Origin: Candidatus Omnitrophota bacterium
Lineage (GTDB): Bacteria > Omnitrophota > Gorgyraeia > Gygaellales > Profunditerraquicolaceae
Reading direction: 5' to 3'
Length of the DNA: 64,000 bases
Assembly: GCA_022710715.1 (NCBI GenBank)
Contig: JAKLGJ010000001.1
Coordinates: 42,041-106,040, forward strand
The notes under the pieces are model-generated. The model was given only the letters and a program-made list of their open reading frames with translations, was not told the origin of the DNA and did not search any database. Within the stretch, counting starts at the first letter, position 1. Each line of letters opens with the position of its first letter. Positions 60,272 to 64,000 of the stretch are shown in pieces. The position numbers and the translations under genes were made by a program.

Positions 60272-61750
60272 ATGTGGAATTCTCTGATTCAACAGATGTT
60301 CGGTTCCGCTTCCCGCGACAGCGTGGCCATTGAAATCGGCACGACTGCCGTCAAACTGGCGTATGTGAAGGCCGCCGGTTCGAAAAAGGAATTAGCCGGG
60401 CTGCTTAGCCGTCCCGTGCAGGGGTTATCGGATGCGGACCTGGGAAAATTCATCCTCGACTTTATCGCTTCCTATAAGATCAAAAGTCCCGAACTCTTCC
60501 TGGTCGTTCCTTCGGCGGGGGTCATCACCAAGAATATCGAGGTTCCTTCCACCAATCCGCGGGAAATCAAGGAGATTATCAGTCTGCAAGCCGGCAGGCA
60601 TACGCCGTATTCCCGGGAAGAGGTGATCGTCGATTTCGTCAATCTGGGTACGCATAAGAAGAATTATACCAAGATCCTGATGGTTATCGTCACCACCAAG
60701 CAGGTCAAGAAACATCTGGAGATCATCGAGAAGAACGGTTTGCGGGTTCAGAAGGTGTTTTTTGCACCCGAAGCCATGGCCTGGGTATCGGTACGCGCCC
60801 TGCGTATGGATCCGGTCGATCCGTTCGGGTTCATCCATATTGATTCCGATAGCACCGATTTCATGGTCATGCATAAGGGCAGAATCCTGTTCCTGCGTTC
60901 GGTGCCGGTCGGTAAACAGCAGTTGACCGCGGATAAGGAGAAAGCGCAAGCCAAATTCACCGAGGAGATCAAAAAATCGCTGGAAGCGTACCAGGGTGAG
61001 GATATCGAGAAGACCCCGACAGCGCTCTATGTGGGGGGCGCGTCCGCAGGGCTGACGTATCTGGAATTGCTGCTTAATTCCACCTTGCATCTGCCGGTAA
61101 AACCGGTGGAGTATGCCCGTGGCGTCACCGCGGGCCGGCAGGCGGCGGAGTATCTGACGCAAGAGTCAACGTTCTCCTTTTTTGCCCCGGTCGCCGGCCT
61201 GTTGGCCAGGAAAGAGACGCGGGTGGACTTGATCCCGGAGGAGATCAAACTCAAGAAGATCCTTCAGCAGCGGGGCAGGGATCTGATCGCGATGGGATTT
61301 TTGTGCATGAGCATTTTTGTCCTGGTGATGTTTATCCTGACGGTTAAATGGTATTTCAAGAGCAGCTATCTGGAGACCCTCGATAAGAAATACCAGTCAC
61401 TGCATAAGGATGCGCAGGTCCTGGAGAATGATTTCAACAAGATCAGCCTGGTCAAGAATTATCAGTCCGGCCAGGGGTATCCCTTGAATGTCCTGGGGGA
61501 ACTGGTGGAGCAGGTTCCCATGGATCTGGAGATCAACGAGATCCGCTATGACAGTCAGGGAAAATTCTCCACTAAAGGCACCGCCGCTTCGATGTCCACG
61601 GTTTTTTCTTTTGTGGATAATCTGAATAAGTCGAAATATTTCAAGGAAGTTAAAACCAAGTATACCACCAAACGTAAAGAAGAAGGCAAGGATGTGGTTG
61701 ATTTCGAGATCACCAGCCTGTTGAATACCAAGGTGCAGGGGCAGCCATGA
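60272..61750 (+). CDS. GspL-like assembly protein (PilM actin-like domain plus TM plus PilN-like domain)
   Basis: N-terminal about 330 aa PilM-like (IGTTAVKLAYV...); the TM LIAMGFLCMSIFVLVMFILTV; then a periplasmic PilN/GspL-C-like tail. Confidence 0.65.
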   Translation: MWNSLIQQMFGSASRDSVAIEIGTTAVKLAYVKAAGSKKELAGLLSRPVQGLSDADLGKFILDFIASYKIKSPELFLVVPSAGVITKNIEVPSTNPREIKEIISLQAGRHTPYSREEVIVDFVNLGTHKKNYTKILMVIVTTKQVKKHLEIIEKNGLRVQKVFFAPEAMAWVSVRALRMDPVDPFGFIHIDSDSTDFMVMHKGRILFLRSVPVGKQQLTADKEKAQAKFTEEIKKSLEAYQGEDIEKTPTALYVGGASAGLTYLELLLNSTLHLPVKPVEYARGVTAGRQAAEYLTQESTFSFFAPVAGLLARKETRVDLIPEEIKLKKILQQRGRDLIAMGFLCMSIFVLVMFILTVKWYFKSSYLETLDKKYQSLHKDAQVLENDFNKISLVKNYQSGQGYPLNVLGELVEQVPMDLEINEIRYDSQGKFSTKGTAASMSTVFSFVDNLNKSKYFKEVKTKYTTKRKEEGKDVVDFEITSLLNTKVQGQP

Positions 61751-62310
61751 TCAAGCTGAACGCGTTGATAGGATTCGTCAAGAAGCTTTCCAAACGGGAA
61801 CGGATCGTTTTTTACTCGGCGGTTGCCGTTGTTTCTTTGATGCTGCTCGATCGGCTGGTGGTCGGACCGGTTTTCGGGAAATTGAAGTCGCTGGATGAAC
61901 AGATTGCTGCCACGACCGAAGGAATCAACCGGGATGTGCGGATCCTGGCGCAGAAGGACCGGATCGCCCTTCAGTTGACCGCCTATAAAGGTATGCTGGT
62001 GCCGGAAGGCACCAAGGAAGAGGAATTCTCGGATTTAATGAAGGAGGTGGAGACCCTGGCGAATAAGAACGGGGTATCGCTTCTGGATATGAAACCGGGC
62101 GATATCCGGGTTCTGGAAGGGGCGAAGCAATACCTGGTCAGCTTGAACTGCGAAGCGCCGTTCAACAAGCTGGTGGATTTCCTTTACGGCATTGAATCGT
62201 CCAAAAAGATGCTTAAGACCGACAGGTTCCAGCTGTCTTTGAAGAGTAAACAGGACCCCAGCATTAAATGCAGCATAACTATCGTGAAAATAATTTTGCC
62301 AAATTCGTAA
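61747..62310 (+). CDS. GspM/PilO-like protein
   Basis: ATGA overlap; a single N-terminal TM (IVFYSAVAVVSLMLL) and an about 150-aa periplasmic domain. Position after the GspL-like gene. Confidence 0.5.
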   Translation: MIKLNALIGFVKKLSKRERIVFYSAVAVVSLMLLDRLVVGPVFGKLKSLDEQIAATTEGINRDVRILAQKDRIALQLTAYKGMLVPEGTKEEEFSDLMKEVETLANKNGVSLLDMKPGDIRVLEGAKQYLVSLNCEAPFNKLVDFLYGIESSKKMLKTDRFQLSLKSKQDPSIKCSITIVKIILPNS

Positions 62311-62367
62311 TAATGTGGTATACTCTTTTCCCTATCCCGTGTAACGGTCCTCGAAGAAAACATAATG

Positions 62368-62396
62368 TTGACTTCACACCGAAATTACACTATAAT
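62368..62396 (+). promoter_or_regulatory. Sigma70 promoter for rpsO (TTGACT-N17-TATAAT)
   Basis: TTGACT at 62368-62373; TATAAT at 62391-62396; exact 17-nt spacer. Confidence 0.55.
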
Positions 62397-62431
62397 AAAA
62401 AAATAACGATGAAGAAAGGGAGGTGAATAGC

Positions 62432-62701
62432 TTGGCTTTAGTTACTACCCAAAAAAAGGAAATCATTGAGTCGTTCAAGACTCATAATCAGGATACCGGT
62501 TCTGCCCAGGTGCAGATAGCTCTTTTGACCGAGAGGATCAACCTTTTAACCGACCATTTCAAAAACCACAAAAAGGATTTTCATTCTCGCCGGGGACTCC
62601 TGATGCTTGTTGGAAAGCGCCGGAGACTTCTCAACTATCTTAAGAAAAAAGATATTGGCACGTATCAGGGGCTTTTAGATAAGCTGAAGCTGCGCAAATA
62701 A
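62432..62701 (+). CDS. rpsO: 30S ribosomal protein S15
   Basis: ...[54 protein letters not shown], the near-universal S15 core. TTG start 8 nt after AAAGGGAGG gives 89 aa; the ORF-track GTG at 62423 is an alternative. Confidence 0.9.
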   Translation: MALVTTQKKEIIESFKTHNQDTGSAQVQIALLTERINLLTDHFKNHKKDFHSRRGLLMLVGKRRRLLNYLKKKDIGTYQGLLDKLKLRK

Positions 62702-62761
62702 GCCGGCTTGATGTTCCCTTTCAGGAAAACCCCATCCATATAAAAAGGAGTCAGTGTCCTT

Positions 62762-64000
62762 ATGCAGGATAACGAGCAGAAAATTCGAATCGGCAAAGAA
62801 GATATTATTTTCGGCACCGGAAAGATCGCCAAACAGGCTAATGGCGCGGTAACCGTTCAGTATGGCGGGACGGTGGTGCTGGTAACCGCCTGTATGTCCG
62901 AACAGATCAGACCGGGACAGGGCTGGTTTCCGCTGACAGTGGAATACCAGGAGAAGACCTATGCGGCCGGCCGGATTCCCGGAGGATTTTTCAAACGCGA
63001 AGGCAAACCTTCGGAGAGCGAGATCCTGACCGCGCGTCTCATTGATCGTCCGATTCGTCCACTTTTCCCCAAAGGCTTTCTTAATGATGTGCAGATCGTC
63101 GCCGTGGTCCTCTCAAGCGACGGAGAGAACGATCCGGATGTGCTGGCCGTTAACGGCGCTTCCGCGGCACTGACCATTTCCGATATTCCTTTCAGCGGTC
63201 CGCTGGCCTGTTGCCGCGTGGGCAGGGTCGACGGGCAGTTTATCGTCAATCCCACCTATGCCGAGCTGGAGAAATCCGAGCTCGATGTGGTAGTCGCCGG
63301 CAACAAGCACGGCGTAGATATGCTTGAAGCCAAGTCCAGAGAAGTTTCCGAAGAGGTGTTCTGGGAAGCGGTACAATTCGGTTATGAGCAGGTTAAACAG
63401 CTGATCGCTTTCCAGGAAGGGTTCGCCAAGACGTTCGGCAAGCCCAAGGCGGAAGTGACCTTGAGCGAGATCGATCCCGCGCTGCTGAAGAAGGTGCGGG
63501 AAATGGGATTGTCCCGGTTGCGCGAGATATATTCCTTAAGCAAAAAAGAAGACCGGGAAGAAGGGGTGAACAAATTATTCAAGGAGATCGAGACCTCTCT
63601 GGTATCCGAGGAATGTCCTCCGGAGAGCATCAAAGCCGCCCTGGTTGAGGCTGAAGAGGTTGAAGTCCGGCGTAAAGTGCTCGAAGAGCATGTGCGCGTG
63701 GATGGCCGCGGTTTCAAGGATATCCGTCAGATCAGTTGCGAAGTCGCAATTCTGCCGCGTACGCACGGCTCCAGCCTGTTTACCCGGGGCCAGACCCAGA
63801 GTTTAGCGGTGACCACGCTGGGCACGGGCGAAGACGAACAGATGATCGAAGCGCTGGAAGGCGAACGGTACAAGACTTTTATGCTGCATTACAGTTTTCC
63901 GCCGTTCAGCGTAGGCGAAACCGGCCCCATGCGCGGTCCCGGTCGCAGGGAGATCGGACACGGCGCTCTGGCAGAACGCGCGCTTTTAGCCGTGATGCCG
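62762..64000 (+). CDS. pnp: Polyribonucleotide nucleotidyltransferase (PNPase), N-terminal 413 aa; 3' end outside the window
   Basis: SD AAAAGGAG; MQDNEQKIRIGKEDIIFGTGKIAKQANGAVTVQYGGTVVLVTA...YAAGRIPGGFFKREGKPSE...RVDGRGFKDIRQISCEVAILPRTHGSSLFTRGQTQ; the conserved rpsO-pnp synteny. Confidence 0.9.
   Translation, partial: MQDNEQKIRIGKEDIIFGTGKIAKQANGAVTVQYGGTVVLVTACMSEQIRPGQGWFPLTVEYQEKTYAAGRIPGGFFKREGKPSESEILTARLIDRPIRPLFPKGFLNDVQIVAVVLSSDGENDPDVLAVNGASAALTISDIPFSGPLACCRVGRVDGQFIVNPTYAELEKSELDVVVAGNKHGVDMLEAKSREVSEEVFWEAVQFGYEQVKQLIAFQEGFAKTFGKPKAEVTLSEIDPALLKKVREMGLSRLREIYSLSKKEDREEGVNKLFKEIETSLVSEECPPESIKAALVEAEEVEVRRKVLEEHVRVDGRGFKDIRQISCEVAILPRTHGSSLFTRGQTQSLAVTTLGTGEDEQMIEALEGERYKTFMLHYSFPPFSVGETGPMRGPGRREIGHGALAERALLAVMP

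Overview
All gene calls rest on motifs read by eye; no database search, structure prediction or counted GC values were possible, so family names are recognition-level calls. The window is 64 kb of a bacterial chromosome, mostly GC-rich with a lower-GC block around 20.4-24.4 kb. All recognisable genes lie on the + strand, and many are translationally coupled through ATGA or GTGA overlaps. The LPS heptosyltransferases and T2SS genes point to a diderm; the giant ORF and gene content are compatible with Omnitrophota/PVC-like lineages, but that is inference only. Layout: (1) 1-22.8 kb is a dense envelope-glycan locus: about 7 GT2 and 4 GT4 glycosyltransferases (one fused to a methyltransferase), 2 GT9 heptosyltransferases, 2 PMT/ArnT-like membrane GTs, 2 SAM methyltransferases, a DegT-like aminotransferase, a radical-SAM/SPASM enzyme, WbqC, a PIG-L deacetylase and a WecA-like initiating transferase. 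(2) 22.8-23.2 kb is an AT-rich intergenic block holding a sigma70-like promoter, a 44-aa ORF with a strong SD, a terminator, and a 13-bp direct repeat. (3) 23.2-47.7 kb is a three-gene coupled unit: a RAYT/IS200-like HUH-Y1 domain fused to a transmembrane segment plus C-terminal domain, then a small secreted protein, then a 22.8-kb ORF encoding a 7609-aa surface protein (signal peptide, beta-propeller, about 70 tandem Ser/Thr-rich Ig-like repeats, coiled-coil, C-terminal TM anchor). (4) 47.9-53.0 kb is an atypical F-type ATP synthase operon ordered epsilon, c, b-delta fusion, alpha, gamma, beta, with no a-subunit gene, flanked by TTGCGCAA palindromes and hairpins. (5) 53.1-62.3 kb is a T2SS/T4P-like cluster: standalone GspE-N domain protein, GspE with a C-terminal PilZ domain, GspF, an HExxH secreted protein, pseudopilins G/I/J/K, a PilM-PilN (GspL-like) fusion and a GspM/PilO-like protein. 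(6) 62.4-64.0 kb holds rpsO behind a near-consensus promoter, then the 5' part of pnp. The most unusual part is the RAYT-TM fusion coupled to the giant adhesin-like gene, possibly together with the adjacent PMT-like glycosylation genes.
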